Counted from the stretch's first letter, positions 37,850-52,075 are shown. The stretch is DNA of 64,000 bases from Octopus bimaculoides (GCF_001194135.2 NC_068997.1:4740927-4804926), one strand, 5' to 3'. The notes: generated from the letters alone by a model not told the origin. Program-made: numbers and translations.

Positions 37850-39790
37850 ACCCCACATAAGCTCTGGTTATCCTGATACACCAGGAACAAGTACAGTCTC
37901 CCAGTCCTTGCCACCAACCTGCAGTCATGTAGTTTGCATGGGCCCATTTTACTACTCCCATCCACATTCCATTAAGTTCCCCTCTATTATCACAATCCTT
38001 TGTAAGTGTTACTTAAAGAAATTGATAAGGGTTTACTGGATACAAAAAGCTTTCTCCTCAAACTCCTCAACTATGTGCATGACATAATTTCATTTATCAT
38101 AGCCCTTCCTGTTCTTCTTTGCCTGAGGAAGGTTGTAGGGATGATCTTCACTATGGACTCAACTAACAGCTGGATCCATTCCACACATGATAACTGATGT
38201 TCAACAGACACCTACAAATAACACTATGTAACAAAACTTTTATTTTTATTAAAAATTTTTTTTTTTTTTTGTCTTTGGTCAGTAAGTGTTATTTCCTGTT
38301 TGCTTCTATCCAGAAATCAAAGGAAATGACCACTATTTCCTTCAAAATTTACTTTTATGACCAGGACATCAATTTTTTCCATTACATTTCAGACAGATTC
38401 AGCACTGAGTTTCCAAAGCAGAAAATATCTTTATAGTAAATATTCTGCTCAGTACCACAGATTTATTTGTCAGTTGCTTGACCTTAGCCACTTGAGCATG
38501 TCCTTTAGTGGCTGACAATATGTGCATCTCTGATCATAAGCAGGAGTAGTGTTAGAGCATCATAGCCATGTGTTGAGAGGGATTCTCTGGAGTTTGAATA
38601 AATGTAACAAAAGCAAAGTTTGAAGGAAATATTTGCCATTTTTCATACTTTCTAGAGGTAAATAAATAAGAAATAACAGTTGCTACCCAAGGACAAAAAT
38701 CATGTAATCAATGTACAGGTACCAATGACATTGTGCCAGACAGTTTCACCACCTGGAATGCATCTTGGGTTTAGCTGCTGACAGTATAGCAAACCTATGG
38801 AATTTATCTAAAACAGACAAAGTCCTTGTGAAGCATTGCTAGATCCAGAACTTTTCAAAATTGTCCTTTCTAACTTGAAAGTCCAACAAAAGATACTTCT
38901 TCAACTGTCCTTGTCAACACCCAGAATAACTTACACTTTCCATTAACCTATATAGAATGTGAGGATTGACTTTCCACTGACCATATTGTCAAATTTCTAA
39001 ACTGTAGAGGATTTTGCAACATTCCAGATGCCAGAAACATATCTTCTGTCTCTGTTTGACCTAGGACTGCGGCATGGTCAAAAAAATTAGCTGCAGTTAG
39101 CCTTTATTTATAGCACATATATCTGTTCAGTGTTATTGCATACAACTCTCTACAGATATATCAACCACAGTACCTACCTGTACACCATCATCCACAGCAT
39201 CCTAAGATTATTTTAGAGTGACCATTGGCAGCAGAATGGATCCCCATCCATCAGAAACGTCCCTTCCATAAAAAATGAAATTATATATGCTCTGATTTGG
39301 TTGTCTTTGCTAGAACAAGGTTTGACAGTCAGATGTTAGTACACTGTCAATGTAATGTAGACATAAAACACTTCCACCTTTTTCAGGTACAGCTTCTTCT
39401 AAAGCCATACCTCCCTTTATAGGTTTTCTCTACCTAAGGTATGGTCCAAACTGGACTTAACTGGACAGTGTCTAGCAACAGAAGCTGCTGTTCTTCACAA
39501 ACTTTCCTCTCCAGCTGCTAAGTAAACAAGTTCACTGACATGCCTCAGTTAATGCATATTCCAGTTAAACTCTGTTATTGCTGACAAGGCCTTCCTGTGT
39601 CGCCAATTTGAGCAAGCTTCTTAATGTCTCCAATCTCAGTAACAATAACTCCAGTTACAAAACACAGAAAAGATGAAAAATGAACATCTTTGATAGACCG
39701 AGGAAGATAATATTTAGTGTAGGCAGCTACTTAGTTTAGATCTGAGTGAGCTTTGGCTGCTATTTTTCACAGGTCAAGCAACCATATAGA
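37850..39790 (-). mobile_element. Decayed Tx1/L1-clade LINE (RT to C-terminus), interrupted at about 38200-38650
   Basis: Minus-strand remnants in order: SVYQRCSF, VL*LELLLLRLETLRS, QFGPYL, KKLYLK..YI..VY*HLTV, FLWKGR, FCCQ..NLRMLW, WHLECCK, VESIVKIIP, LINFFK*HL. Confidence 0.7.
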
Positions 39791-40291
39791 AATTACCAAA
39801 AATTGGAAGTGCTCTGAAGGTATTGCAGTTGTGTTCTGGGGTGTTCTTTCATAGGTGTATTTTAGTTGTGTTCTGGGGATGTTGTTCTGTGTGTGTTATT
39901 GTTGTGTTCTGTGCAATGTCTCAGTCTTTGAAAAAGTGCTCAGGCAAAGGCATGAAATATTAAAAATCTAGTCTTGTCACAGTGTTAGTCATGAAAGAAG
40001 AGTTAGATATAAATAGCTACATGGGTAGATTGACAAACAGATCGCAGATGTAGATGACCAGGCACTTAATTCTAGAGACCCAGGCAAGCATGGAAAAATA
40101 GATGTTAAATGATGATGATGATGGTGATATATAAATATATATATATTACATCTGTGTTTACAAATCTAATGAAAAAGTACTCTATACACAGTTTTCTTAT
40201 TAAAACTGGAGTAATAACAGTGTAATATCTCTGATTTTAATATATGTATGTATGTGTGTATATATGTATGTATATGTATATAGCGAAATCG

Positions 40292-40628
40292 TGATGGCAC
40301 CAGTACCAGTAAATCACTAAGAGCACTGTCCAAGCGTGATCGTTTCCAGAGCACCAGCTGTCTGGCTTTCGTGCCGGTGGCACGTAAATAGCACCATTTG
40401 AGTGTGACCGTTACCAACGTCGCCTTCCTGGCACTTGTGCCAGTGGCACGTGAAAAGACATTCGAGCGAGTTCGTTGCCAGTCCCGCTGGACTGGTTCCT
40501 GTGCGGGTGGCACGTAAAATACACCATTTCGAGCATGGCCGTTGCCAGTACCCCCTGACTGGCCTTTGTGCCGGTGGCACGTAAAAGCACCCACTACACT
40601 CTCTGAGTGGTTGGCATTAGGAAGGGCA
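40292..40628 (+). mobile_element. SINE-like family A copy with internal about 60-bp tandem units
   Basis: Four GTGCCnGTGGCACGTnAAA-type units, then ACTACACTCTCTGAGTGGTTGGCATTAGGAAGGGCA; CpG-rich and young-looking. Confidence 0.88.
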
Positions 40629-41228
40629 NNNNNNNNNNNNNNNNNNNNNNNNNNNNNNNNNNNNNNNNNNNNNNNNNNNNNNNNNNNNNNNNNNNNNNNN
40701 NNNNNNNNNNNNNNNNNNNNNNNNNNNNNNNNNNNNNNNNNNNNNNNNNNNNNNNNNNNNNNNNNNNNNNNNNNNNNNNNNNNNNNNNNNNNNNNNNNNN
40801 NNNNNNNNNNNNNNNNNNNNNNNNNNNNNNNNNNNNNNNNNNNNNNNNNNNNNNNNNNNNNNNNNNNNNNNNNNNNNNNNNNNNNNNNNNNNNNNNNNNN
40901 NNNNNNNNNNNNNNNNNNNNNNNNNNNNNNNNNNNNNNNNNNNNNNNNNNNNNNNNNNNNNNNNNNNNNNNNNNNNNNNNNNNNNNNNNNNNNNNNNNNN
41001 NNNNNNNNNNNNNNNNNNNNNNNNNNNNNNNNNNNNNNNNNNNNNNNNNNNNNNNNNNNNNNNNNNNNNNNNNNNNNNNNNNNNNNNNNNNNNNNNNNNN
41101 NNNNNNNNNNNNNNNNNNNNNNNNNNNNNNNNNNNNNNNNNNNNNNNNNNNNNNNNNNNNNNNNNNNNNNNNNNNNNNNNNNNNNNNNNNNNNNNNNNNN
41201 NNNNNNNNNNNNNNNNNNNNNNNNNNNN

Positions 41229-41260
<32 letters not shown>

Positions 41261-41534
41261 TGATACAGGAGTAAAAATTTACTGTTAACTGATTTTTAGG
41301 AACCTTTTATTTTCTTCACTGGAAAGAATAGAATACAGTTTGAGAGAGAGAGGGAGAGAGAGAAAGAGAGAGTAGGGAGTGATATTCTAAAAGGTAAAAT
41401 ACCTGGACTAAAAACAGAACAGGCAACATAAACAGATAAACTAGTCGAGATGACAGGTAAATAATGATGGGTCATTGTTTACAGGGTGTCACACACACAC
41501 ACACACACATGCAGATCTGCTGCAATTTCTTGCA

Positions 41535-41590
41535 CTGACACGTGACTCACTGACACAGAAATAGTTCCTCTAACTGATGAAGACGTCACA
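41535..41590. promoter_or_regulatory. Motif cluster: E-box CACGTG, AP-1 TGACTCA, CRE-like GACGTCA
   Basis: CACGTG 41539-41544 overlaps TGACTCA 41543-41549; GACGTCA at 41582-41588; unique sequence. Confidence 0.3.
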
Positions 41591-42088
41591 CATCCTCTCT
41601 TCCAGGATTCCATCTATTTTCCTCTTACCTTTCTCTCCCTCTCTTCCTTAATCTCTCTTCCTCTCTCCTCCCTCTTCCTTTCACTCTCTCTTCCTCTCTC
41701 CTCCCTCTTCCTTTCACTCTCTCTCTCTCTCTCAACGAAAGAAGAAACACAGCAGACAGACAGAGAGAATGTGAGAGATTTCAGGAAGGAGGGGGGTGCA
41801 TGCTTCCTTCTACCATTTTGTGTGTGTATGTGTGTCTGCTGCTATGGCTGTATGTGTGTGCTTCCTTTTACCACTGTATATGTATAATTGTGTTTGTGTG
41901 TTTGTATTTCCTTCTACACTGTGTCTTTGTGTGTCTATGTGACTGATCAAATCTATTTACCAGGAATATAGAACATGCAAATCCAAAGACACTGTCCTCG
42001 GCAGCATACACAAAATGAAAGTATGTGTTTATAAATAACTCCATGTTTATCTATCAATCTCTCTCAGTCTCTCTCGCTTTCTCTCTCT

Positions 42089-42126
<38 letters not shown>

Positions 42127-42136
42127 NNNNNNNNNN

Positions 42137-42181
<45 letters not shown>

Positions 42182-42834
42182 GCATCTATGCAAATAGATA
42201 CATGCACTGCTATACATACACATATTTACACACATACATCTATATAGATACACCCATACACGCATCCTTCCATCTATACATATGTATATATACTCACTAA
42301 TCTCTGGTAAATAAATTCTCTTATCTGTAGTCCTTCATTTAACTAGTGTCTAATTCCCTACATTAAACATTTCAGTCCTCCCCCTTCTCTTTTCTTTAGT
42401 GAAATCCTAGTAGTGTTACAAGAGAGTTTTTACATGGTTGTTTGATTTGTTTGAAATAGCAGCCAAATCTCTTGCAAAATCATACTTTGATGTCTTTAAT
42501 GAAAAAAAAAACATATGGCATAATGTAATCACAGATACCCTAAAAACGCACAGGATGGTCATGGCAAGAATGCCTTAGATCATAGACCTCCTGGATCAAG
42601 GTTGGCTCAGTGGCCTAACACCAACCTAGTTATGTACAAACAGGTTTTATCTCACTACCAGACTATGAAGATAGTGCAAAAATGTGTGTGTGTGTGAACT
42701 GGCAGTACTGTTTTTCCATGAATGCATGTTAGTATACATGTGTGTGTGTCTTTGTATATGTGTGTGTATCTATGTTTATGCATGTGTGCTTATGTATGAG
42801 TGTGTGTGTATGTATATGTGCATATCTTTCATCT

Positions 42835-43040
42835 TTTGCTTGTTTTAGTCATTGGACTCTGGCCATGCTGGGGTACTGCCCCGTAACGGTTTAGTCAAAT
42901 GAATCAACCGCAATACTTATTTTTTTAAGACTGGTACTTATTCTATCAATCTCTTATGCCAAACTGCTAAGTAACAGGGATGTAAACAAACCAACACCAA
43001 TTGTTAAACAGTAGTGAGGGACAAACACAAGCACACAAAT

Positions 43041-43102
<62 letters not shown>

Positions 43103-43337
43103 GTATATATATATACACACACATATGTGTCAAGCCAAGTTGTGGTCAGTGCTGGTGGCACATAAAAAGCATTTATTACACTCTTGGAGAGGTTGGTGTT
43201 AGGAAGGGCATTCAACCATAGAAACCAAACCAAATCAGACGGGAACCTAGTGCAGCTCTCTGGCTTGCCGGTCCCAGCCAAACTGTTTAATCGATGCCAA
43301 CATGGAAAACAAATGCTAGATGTGGATGATGATTCTG

Positions 43338-43373
<36 letters not shown>

Positions 43374-43530
43374 CGATGGTCTTCTTCAGAACTTCTGTCT
43401 ACTAAATCCACTCACAAGGCTTTGATTGGCTTGGGCTTTAGTAGAAGACACCTGCCTCAGGTGCCACATAGTGGGACAGAACATGGAACCATGTGGTTGG
43501 GAAGTAAACTTCTTACCACACAGCCATGCT
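42835..43530 (-). mobile_element. Composite SINE family F (tRNA head + microsatellite + body), with a family A insertion
   Basis: Same head/microsatellite/body order as 44310-44692, 49790-50260, 51405-52075, 56165-56790. Confidence 0.75.
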
Positions 43531-44309
43531 TGCACCTATGTGTATATATGTGTGTGTAAAGCTTATATAGACTTATTATAGAATAGACCTTCTGAGTAAT
43601 ACCACAAAACATGGGTAACAGAAAGACCATGACTGACTTCTGCCTAATTAAGATAACAGAGTTCACATCTTTTTGTTACTTAATGATCTCTAAACTTTGT
43701 GATACTTTGTTATGTGATTGGTGGAACCCTGCTGGTTCCTTGCTGACTATGCTTTGCCACAAATGGATTTCCCACTGACTTCGCCAAGACCATTGTTTTT
43801 AAATCTGTCTCCCAACATGTTACACCCAAATGAAACCCACAACTCCAAACTATGCTATTCGGTAAAGAATACTGGACCAAGTCACCATTATATCCATAAC
43901 TGGGAGCTATCAAGTGAACAGGGACACCTCTATGTAATTTCTTGATCTGCTAGAAATGCCAACCAAATTTCCTCAAATCACGCCTTACTATTATAAAAAA
44001 TGAAAGATACATTGGATAGTAGTTTTAGATAAACTGCTGCCTGAAAAATTAGGTGGAATAGTCAAGGGTGGAATACGTTTGTTCATTAGTCTGAACTACT
44101 ACTATTGTTGCTACTTGCTATGTAACCATTATGAAAATAAATGCTACCTTCCTGTATGCAGGGTTGGGTGTGCAGTTAAGAAGTTAAACTTAGTCCCACT
44201 GCACAGCTCTTTGGTTTTGTACTTTTTACCATAGCTTTGAGTTGACATATGCCTTGTGAGGTCAAAACTGAGGAAGGTCATCATGTTTATAAGTGTGGCT
44301 TATAGGCAC

Positions 44310-44692
44310 AGCCATGGCTGTGTGGTAAGAAGTTTGCTTCCCAACCACATAGTTCTGTATTCAATCACACTGCATGGCACCTTGAGTGTTTTCTACTATA
44401 GTCATGAGCTAACCAAACCCTTGAGAGTGGATTTGGTAGACAGAAACTAAAAGAAGCCTATCGTGTATGTCTGTACATGCGTATATATATATATATCTGT
44501 GACAACTGGCAATTAGTGTTGGTTTGTTTATGTCTAGGTAACTTGGCAGTTCAACAAAAGTGGTCAATAGAATAAGTACCAGGCTTTAAAAATCATAAGT
44601 ACTGATGTTAATTTGTTTGACTAAAGCTCTTTAATGTGGTGCTCCAACAAGGCTGCAATCCAATGAGTGAAAAAAGTAAAAAGTAAAAGATA
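44310..44692 (+). mobile_element. Composite SINE family F copy
   Basis: A-box-like TGGCTGTGTGGTAAG head, short (TA/TG) tract, body ...AATAGAATAAGTACCAGGCTT..., (AAAAGT/AAAAGAT) tail. Confidence 0.75.
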
Positions 44693-45139
44693 CATATTGT
44701 GAGTTAACATGATATTGAGTATTCCTGTATTTTACTGACAAAGAACAAGAATTGCTGCTTCACTGCATCTTGAAAAAGATTTGTTGTATAATGAAGATCT
44801 GTGAAGTGTGGCGGATAGTAAGGTCCTGATAGTTTGTGCAGGCAGGTGGAGTCAATTTGTAATTAGACATGTATATGCGTGTCCTTGTCTTGACATTGCA
44901 TGCTAATCGTAAACAAACTTCACCATCATATGAGCAGTGACATGTTTGTGTTATTCTGTGGAAATATGCTCACACTAGGAGGAAATTATTACTTTGCTTG
45001 AGAACATGTAAGGGTTGGTGACAGGTAAAGCACCCATATATAGAAAATGTCTGAGTTTTGAAGATTGTAGCAAATCGGTGTACATGCAGCAAATTGGCAG
45101 AGTCAATAGAGCATCAGATGAATTGCCTGGCAGTCTTTA

Positions 45140-45370
45140 TTCTGACCCCTTGTTGTCTGATTTCAAATACCAACTTGCCTTTCAAGTGGAATCCATTTTG
45201 TGGACCAATGCATGGCACCTGGGTACCACTAATGGAATCCACTCTGTTGTCACCCATTTTAACACCCCATCTGGTTTTTTAAATGCCATTAGCAGAGTTC
45301 ACTCTGCTGCAACCTTGCTGGCCATGTCTCTGATTTGAGGACAAGTGACCCCTGTACTCCCACAAGTCTC
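45140..45370 (-). mobile_element. Possible Tx1/L1 C-terminal fragment
   Basis: Minus remnants ETCGSTGVTCPQI and FHLKGKLVFE resemble the zinc-knuckle/terminal region; weak. Confidence 0.4.
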
Positions 45371-45691
45371 AGAGGCCCTTTGAAAGAGTTGTGAGTGCTG
45401 TTTTTAATCATTTGACTTAACCTTTAAAACAGAAAAAGCTTCAGGGCTAATGTTAGTCCAAATCACAACAGCATGTGTGTGGGTCTAAACTGAAGACCAC
45501 CTTCCCATATTCCACCTGTCTGTGAGAATCTGCAAAAGTTATGGGTTCTGTTTGTTTTTTTTTTTTGTTTGTTTTTTTCAATAACTGGCAGATTTGATTA
45601 GCAACAAATGGGAAATTCACACATACACTAATGAGACATCTACATAGATAATATATGTATTCACATCATATAGAACTTTTGTTCAATACAG

Positions 45692-45695
<4 letters not shown>

Positions 45696-45782
<87 letters not shown>

Positions 45783-45784
45783 AT
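45696..45784. repeat. (CT)n-(ATCT)n microsatellite
   Basis: Direct reading. Confidence 0.96.
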
Positions 45785-46101
45785 ACCATAATCTACAAGG
45801 CTATCTTTGTCTTTCATGATTTTTGACATTGATAAAATATGTACCAGTCAAGTATTGTGGTCAATGGTATCAAGTAACCCCTTCCTCACATATTTCTGGT
45901 CTTATGAAGTAACTATTAATTCACAAGCTGTTTAACCACCAGGTTAACTCTGATATACCAGACCTTATAACCAAAGACATTCTAGCTCTAACCAATCATA
46001 TCTTATTTATCTACTGCATCTATTATATGTTATTTATCCAATATGTCCTTTGCCCTTTAAGGCCATATAGGGTCTACGCACCACTGTCAGTTACTGTATA
46101 A

Positions 46102-46163
<62 letters not shown>

Positions 46164-46691
46164 ACACACACACACACACACACACACACCACTATGGTGA
46201 CAATCTGTAGTGTATTGTTGTCAGTACTATATACTCAGTGTGTGTATTTATTTTGTACTATTTACACAGTGTGTGTGTGTGTGTGTGTGTGTGTTATTCT
46301 TATACAAGAATGTTGTTGACTGTGACTTTGAAGCTTTGGCCAGCTAAGAATAATAAATTTGTACTCTTAAAAGTATAGTGTAATCCATCAGGTTAATGTA
46401 AAATTGTTTTTATTACAACTGAACATAAAAACAAAACATTAATATATATATTTAATCTTTACTACATACATACACACATCCACAATGTTTGTGTGTTACT
46501 CCTGGAATATACTCAGCGTACTGTGCCCTTCTGTGTTATAGTATGTTCAGTGCTTGTTAAATGATTGTTTTAATGCTGTGGTCCTAATTATAATTTGCTA
46601 TAACATTTTGATAAGGCCCACACTGTTGAAGAAAGGTTACCCATGTCTGCTGCTATACTGCCTCTCTTCTCATGTATAGGTCTATGTGAGG

Positions 46692-46743
46692 TATCTTATT
46701 TATTATCTTATTTATTATCTTATTTATTATCTTATTTATTATC
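46692..46743. repeat. 12-bp tandem repeat (TATCTTATTTAT)x4
   Basis: Direct reading. Confidence 0.9.
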
Positions 46744-49700
46744 TGTATCTTCTTGCATAAATGCCATGGTATGAACAGTTTGTCTTGATAATTTCTGCTG
46801 GACAGTCTATTCTCACTGTTAACCTGGGTTCTGTCTTAAATACCACTTCACCATTCTTCAGGTCATTCTGCTATTAACAGAGCCACAAAGACAATTCCAC
46901 CCCAACAACACTGCTGCTCTCTAATTGTCCAGCTGTTTATTCAGATTTCTCACTTTCTACATGTCCATATATATTATATAACCAGTCAGTAACATCTATC
47001 ATTTGTATTGTTGTTTAAGCACTACCTTTGTGTATGTGTGTATTCAAGAGAGAAAGAGAGAGAGAGAATTTGTGTGTATGTGTGTGCACCAGATTGTGTA
47101 CATTATATACTGACATACATGGAGGTGTGCATATGGATGTATATATTTCTGCTCTTAAGTATATGCAGTTGTGTGTGTGTGTGTGTGTGTGTGTGTATTT
47201 ATATATAATATATATTCTTTTATTCTTTTATACGTTTCAGCCCTAAGGCTGTGTATACACACATACTCACACCCCCTTTGTATATGTACTTGTATATATT
47301 TGATTGTGCTCTTATGTATGTGTGTGTGTATGTATATATATATATGAGTTTCTTGTTCCACATGAGTAAAAGTATATGTATGTGAATGCATATGTATGTA
47401 TAAGTGTGAAAGAGAGTGACAGGCTGATTCTGTTCCAGCATACAGATAAATGTGTGTGTGTGTGTGTGTGTGTGTAAATATATAGTATTTTATGTGTGAA
47501 TTGGTTTCTATCTTAAAACAGTCACTTTTCTTTGTAGTCTTTGGGTGTTGGGTGTTTTTTATAAACCACACCTTTAATTCTTTTCACCTCACCTGTTGTT
47601 ATACGCACACTCACATGTGTTTACATACCTCTGTACATCTACACATACAAATACACGCGTACATACACACACACACATGTATACCCACATGTGCTTACCT
47701 AACAAGCTTAAATTGAATTCCATGGAGAACTGAGCCTTTCTATCCCATCATGCTTCATTGCTTTGTTTTTTGGCCCTTTTTTTATGGTTTAATCAGGGTC
47801 TCTGATACTGGTAATAGGAGAGGAAATTATTCTCATGAAATTATTCTAAGACATGAACTGGTGTGAATGTTTGTGACAACGCAGACTCTGCTGGAACCTC
47901 CAGAGACCAGGTGGTGGTGCTAAACAGGGTGATGGAGAAAGTCTACCACCTAAAAAACAGGACCACCCTGTTTCCATGGATCAAATTTCATTCATAGAGC
48001 TCTGGTCGACTCTAAACTATGGCAGAAGACAGTTGTTGAGGCATGACAGAGCAGAATCAAACCTAGAGTCGTTCAGTTGCACTGTAAGCTCTTTAACCAC
48101 GTAGCCATGAATCTATAATTAGAGAATGGTAAATTTTTGTTGCTTATTGATTTAATCAATCTTTTATATCTAACACTCAGTAAATTTGAATGAGTTGAGA
48201 TATCAACAGGAGAGAAGAACCCTGCAGTTTAGAACCAAGCTCTCTGTCAGAGAGAGTGAGGGATGAGAGAGAAGGATTTTCTGTCTCTAATGAAGATCTT
48301 GATCTTAAAACATCAAGATTCTTGTCTCTCCACTGCATAGAAACCTTGTAAAATAAATTTTCCCAACTCACACCACTGCTGTTAGTTTTCACAAACACAG
48401 TTTTATTTGCTATTACCTTACAGAGGTTTTTTTAAGAAATTTTTTGTCTTAAATAGAAATAAATTTCACTCATGAATACCTTGCGTGTGCACACACACAC
48501 ACACACACACATGCTGACATACTAATGCCCACATGTATTCTTCCCTACTTTAACACTACAACTTGATTTTAATTGCCTCTCATATGTAAATTTTGAAACG
48601 GAGCTATTTAAAATTCAACTTAGTGTATATAAAATGAATGAAAATCAATAGAATTTTAATGTTGGTCGATGTCTTTCAAGACAGACAGGTATTGCTTGCA
48701 TGCTGTCCCCTTAAGTTCTGCATCTGTTACCATGAAATATTAGAAGCCTCACAGTTTCCAATAACTTCAAAATTTCTCTAAATATTGATCTCCTCTTTCT
48801 TTGGACACTAAATATTGGCTTTATTTTATTTCTATTTTTATTGACTTTATTTATATTTTTGTTTTGTTTAAATTTTTTATTTACTCTTTTCTACTTTTGT
48901 TCATTTTACTTCATGATTCATTTTCTTTATTTTTACTATATTTCATTTTGTTTTATTTTGTTCTAAATTCAATTCTCAAGTCATAAATAGAATATTTCGA
49001 TTTGCATTTTCTTGTGAAATGAAAGAATATATATTTTTATATCCAGATATGTGTGTGTATATATATATGTATCATGTGTGTATCATATTGTGTGTTGTGT
49101 ATGTCTGTGTGTGTGTGTTGTGCATGAATTGAGAATGTAAATTTTTGTGTGAACTGTGTCTATGTATGGTAGTTTGTATTATGCTGCAGTGAATGTTAAA
49201 ACATGTCAGTGTGTATATAGTATATATGCTTGTGCGTGTGTGTGTGTGCGTGTGTGTGTTGTGAGAGAAAAAGAGAATGTGTATTATTTACACCTGAGAT
49301 AGTTTTATATTTAATTCTCTGCTAACTAAAAGTGTATATACATGAGAGTAAGACAGAGGGAGGGAGTCCCCTAATCTATTGTATTGTATGAGCAGTTCAC
49401 GAAGGTCTTACCTTCATGGTATAAGACAGGCTATCAAAACCCTTTTTTTTTATAAGGATGGGCATGTGAGTGAACTTAAATCTGAAGTAGGTGGTGGTAG
49501 GTTTGTCAGCACTGATCCAAGGAGATATCTCCCATCTACACTACTTAAATATATCAGAAACTAGCACTTGAAATATTAACCAGATCTCCCTCCAATCACC
49601 ATATAACTGTCTTTAAAAAATATAAACAGACACTTTAGATAATGTAGTCCTAGGTACCCTATATCTGAAATAAAGACTGTGGTTAGACATATCTAGAACA

Positions 49701-49759
49701 CCTTTGTTTATAGCTCTGCGCATGCAATGACCTGAGATTAACAACAAGATAATTATACT

Positions 49760-49789
<30 letters not shown>

Positions 49790-49790
<1 letters not shown>

Positions 49791-50066
49791 TTTCTTTTAT
49801 TCTTTTACTTGTTTCAGCCATATGACTGTAGCCATGCTGAAGCACCACATAGAAGGATTTTAGTTGAAGAAATCAACCCCAGAACTTATGTTTTTTTTTT
49901 TAAACCTAGTACTTATTCTATCGATTTCCTTTGCTAAACCTCTAGTTACAGGGACGTAAACACACCAACGCCAGTTGTCAAGTGGTGATGGGGGTTGGAC
50001 AAACACAGACACAAAGACACATGTACATAGATATATACATACATACATACATACATACATACACAC

Positions 50067-50111
<45 letters not shown>

Positions 50112-50260
50112 ATGGGCTTTTTTCAATTTCTGTCTACCAGATCCACTCACAAGGCTTTGGTTGGCCCAAGGCTATAGTAGAAGACACTTGTCCAAAGTAC
50201 CATGCAGTGGGACTGAACCCGGAACCATGTGGTTGAGAAGTAAGCTTCTTATCATGCAGT
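49790..50260 (-). mobile_element. Composite SINE family F copy
   Basis: TTTCAGnCATnTGACTGnnGCCATGCTG body, CA/TA tract, then GGGACTGAACCCGGAACCATGTGGTTG (reverse B-box) head. Confidence 0.8.
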
Positions 50261-50280
50261 CACGTACACACACACACACA

Positions 50281-51385
50281 CAGGGTATTCCAAAAATATG
50301 TATGCACCATTAAATGATTGTAAAGTCAGTATTTATCAAAATACATTTCATTTTCAAAATTTAATAGAAACTAGAGACATAACTTTTTATTCTTTTATAA
50401 ATGCCTGTTTTCAAAATGATGAAGATTCAATATTTGTGTGCATTCTCATTCAATAGTTGCCTTCAATTTGTTGACTGTTGCTGGTTTTGTACCATAAACT
50501 TTTATTTTTCAAATATCTCTATAATAAAAAAAAAAAAAAGTCTAGTGGTGTAAGAACCAGTGAACACAGTTGGTATTTTACTGAATCTCTTCATCCAATC
50601 TACTGTTTTTGCAAAATCTCAGCTAGGTAGGCCCTTACAATGTTGTAGCGTCGAGACACCTCGTCTTGCTGGAAATAAAATTCTGCATTTTCAAAGTCCT
50701 CTTAAAATGCATGGCATGACAGATTGTTGCAGCAAGTTCAAGAAAATGGGGACAGTCACAGTACCATCAAAAAGAATGGTCCAATTAATCCTTTTTTAAA
50801 GTTAAGCCACACCAAACTGTAACTCCTGATACATTAACATGATGTTCTTCCACAATGTGCAGATTCTCAGGAACCTGTTAGTTGCAACTATGATGGTTAA
50901 TTGAGCCATTTAATATTAATGAGCCTCGTCACTCCAAACAACCTTCTGCATCTTCAACACATCTTGTCAAGTACCCCTCACAAACCTCCACTCTTCAGTC
51001 TGATTCATTTTCATTGAATATGTGGACAGTTCTTGGAGTGTGTCTTTTTCAATAATTCAAAATGCAATGTATGCTTGATTTTGAAATTTCTCTCATGACT
51101 TCCTTACCACATAGATTTTTTTAGATTTCAGGAATATGTTTCTTATATCCTCTTTTGCTTCGTGGTGGTTCATTGATGTCCACAGTCTTCTGAAACATTT
51201 CTTGTGAACATTCTAAACAGTTCCATCTACTTCAAATTTATCTGAAATTTGAGTGATGGTTAGTCACATAGGTGAATCTGTTTGAAACTCACTCTTGAAC
51301 TGTCTTTGCACTTCAATTGTATTTTAAAATTTCTAGTAGCACTTTAGGCAAAATATTCTCTGTTCAAAGCTTAGGCTTGTTCCCT
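50281..51385 (-). mobile_element. Decayed Tc1/mariner transposon, rosa/DD41D-like
   Basis: Minus: MKGTSLSFEQR...EVQRQFKSEFQT...DKFEVDGTV (DUF4817-type N-terminus), GLIGPF, FYFQQD...(40 residues)...LTPLDFF. CAGGGTATTCC terminus at 50281. Many stops. Confidence 0.85.
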
Positions 51386-51404
51386 TCATTATTTAATCCG
51401 TTAT

Positions 51405-52075
51405 CTTTTACTTGTTTCAATCATTTGACTTCAGCCATGCTCGGTCACCATCTTGAAGGGTTTTAATCGAACAAATAACCCCAGCAGTTATTTTTTTAAA
51501 TCCTGATACTTGTTTATTGGTTACTTTTGCTGAACCACTAGGTTACAGGGACATAAACACACCAACTCCAGTTGGTGAGAAGACATGGTGAGGAGATGAA
51601 CACAGGCATAAACGCACACATGCATAGATATACGCATACATATATATATCATCATCCACATCATTTAACAACTACTTTTCCATGCTTGCATGAGGTGGAA
51701 AGAGTTTATTGATGCAGATTTTCTATGGCCAAATGTCCTTCCTGTTACCAACCCTCATCTGTTTCCAAACAAAGTAATATTACCCCATGACTAGACATGT
51801 CTTCACAGAATATTTGAAATGAATAATACAACTTGTATAACAGTGACTCTCATTTACAACAAACACTCAATGTCAAGGAGATACAACACTTGCAACCACA
51901 CACACACACACACACTGTATGACATGCTCCTTTCATTTTCTGCCTACCAAATCCTCTTGCAGGACTTTGATTAGCTTGGGGCTATAGACACTTGCCCAAG
52001 GTATCATGCATTGGAACTAACTTGAAACATGATGGTTGAGAATCAAACTTCTTAGCGCACAGCCATTCCTGCTTC
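51405..52075 (-). mobile_element. Composite SINE family F copy with a family B insertion (51660-51900)
   Basis: Body 51405-51600, CA/TA tract, inserted family B, head about 51925-52075. Confidence 0.7.

Noticed and set aside
44310-44390. tRNA-like A/B boxes (also 52695, 53300, 55035)
   Set aside because: These are SINE heads with no complete cloverleaf; not tRNA genes.
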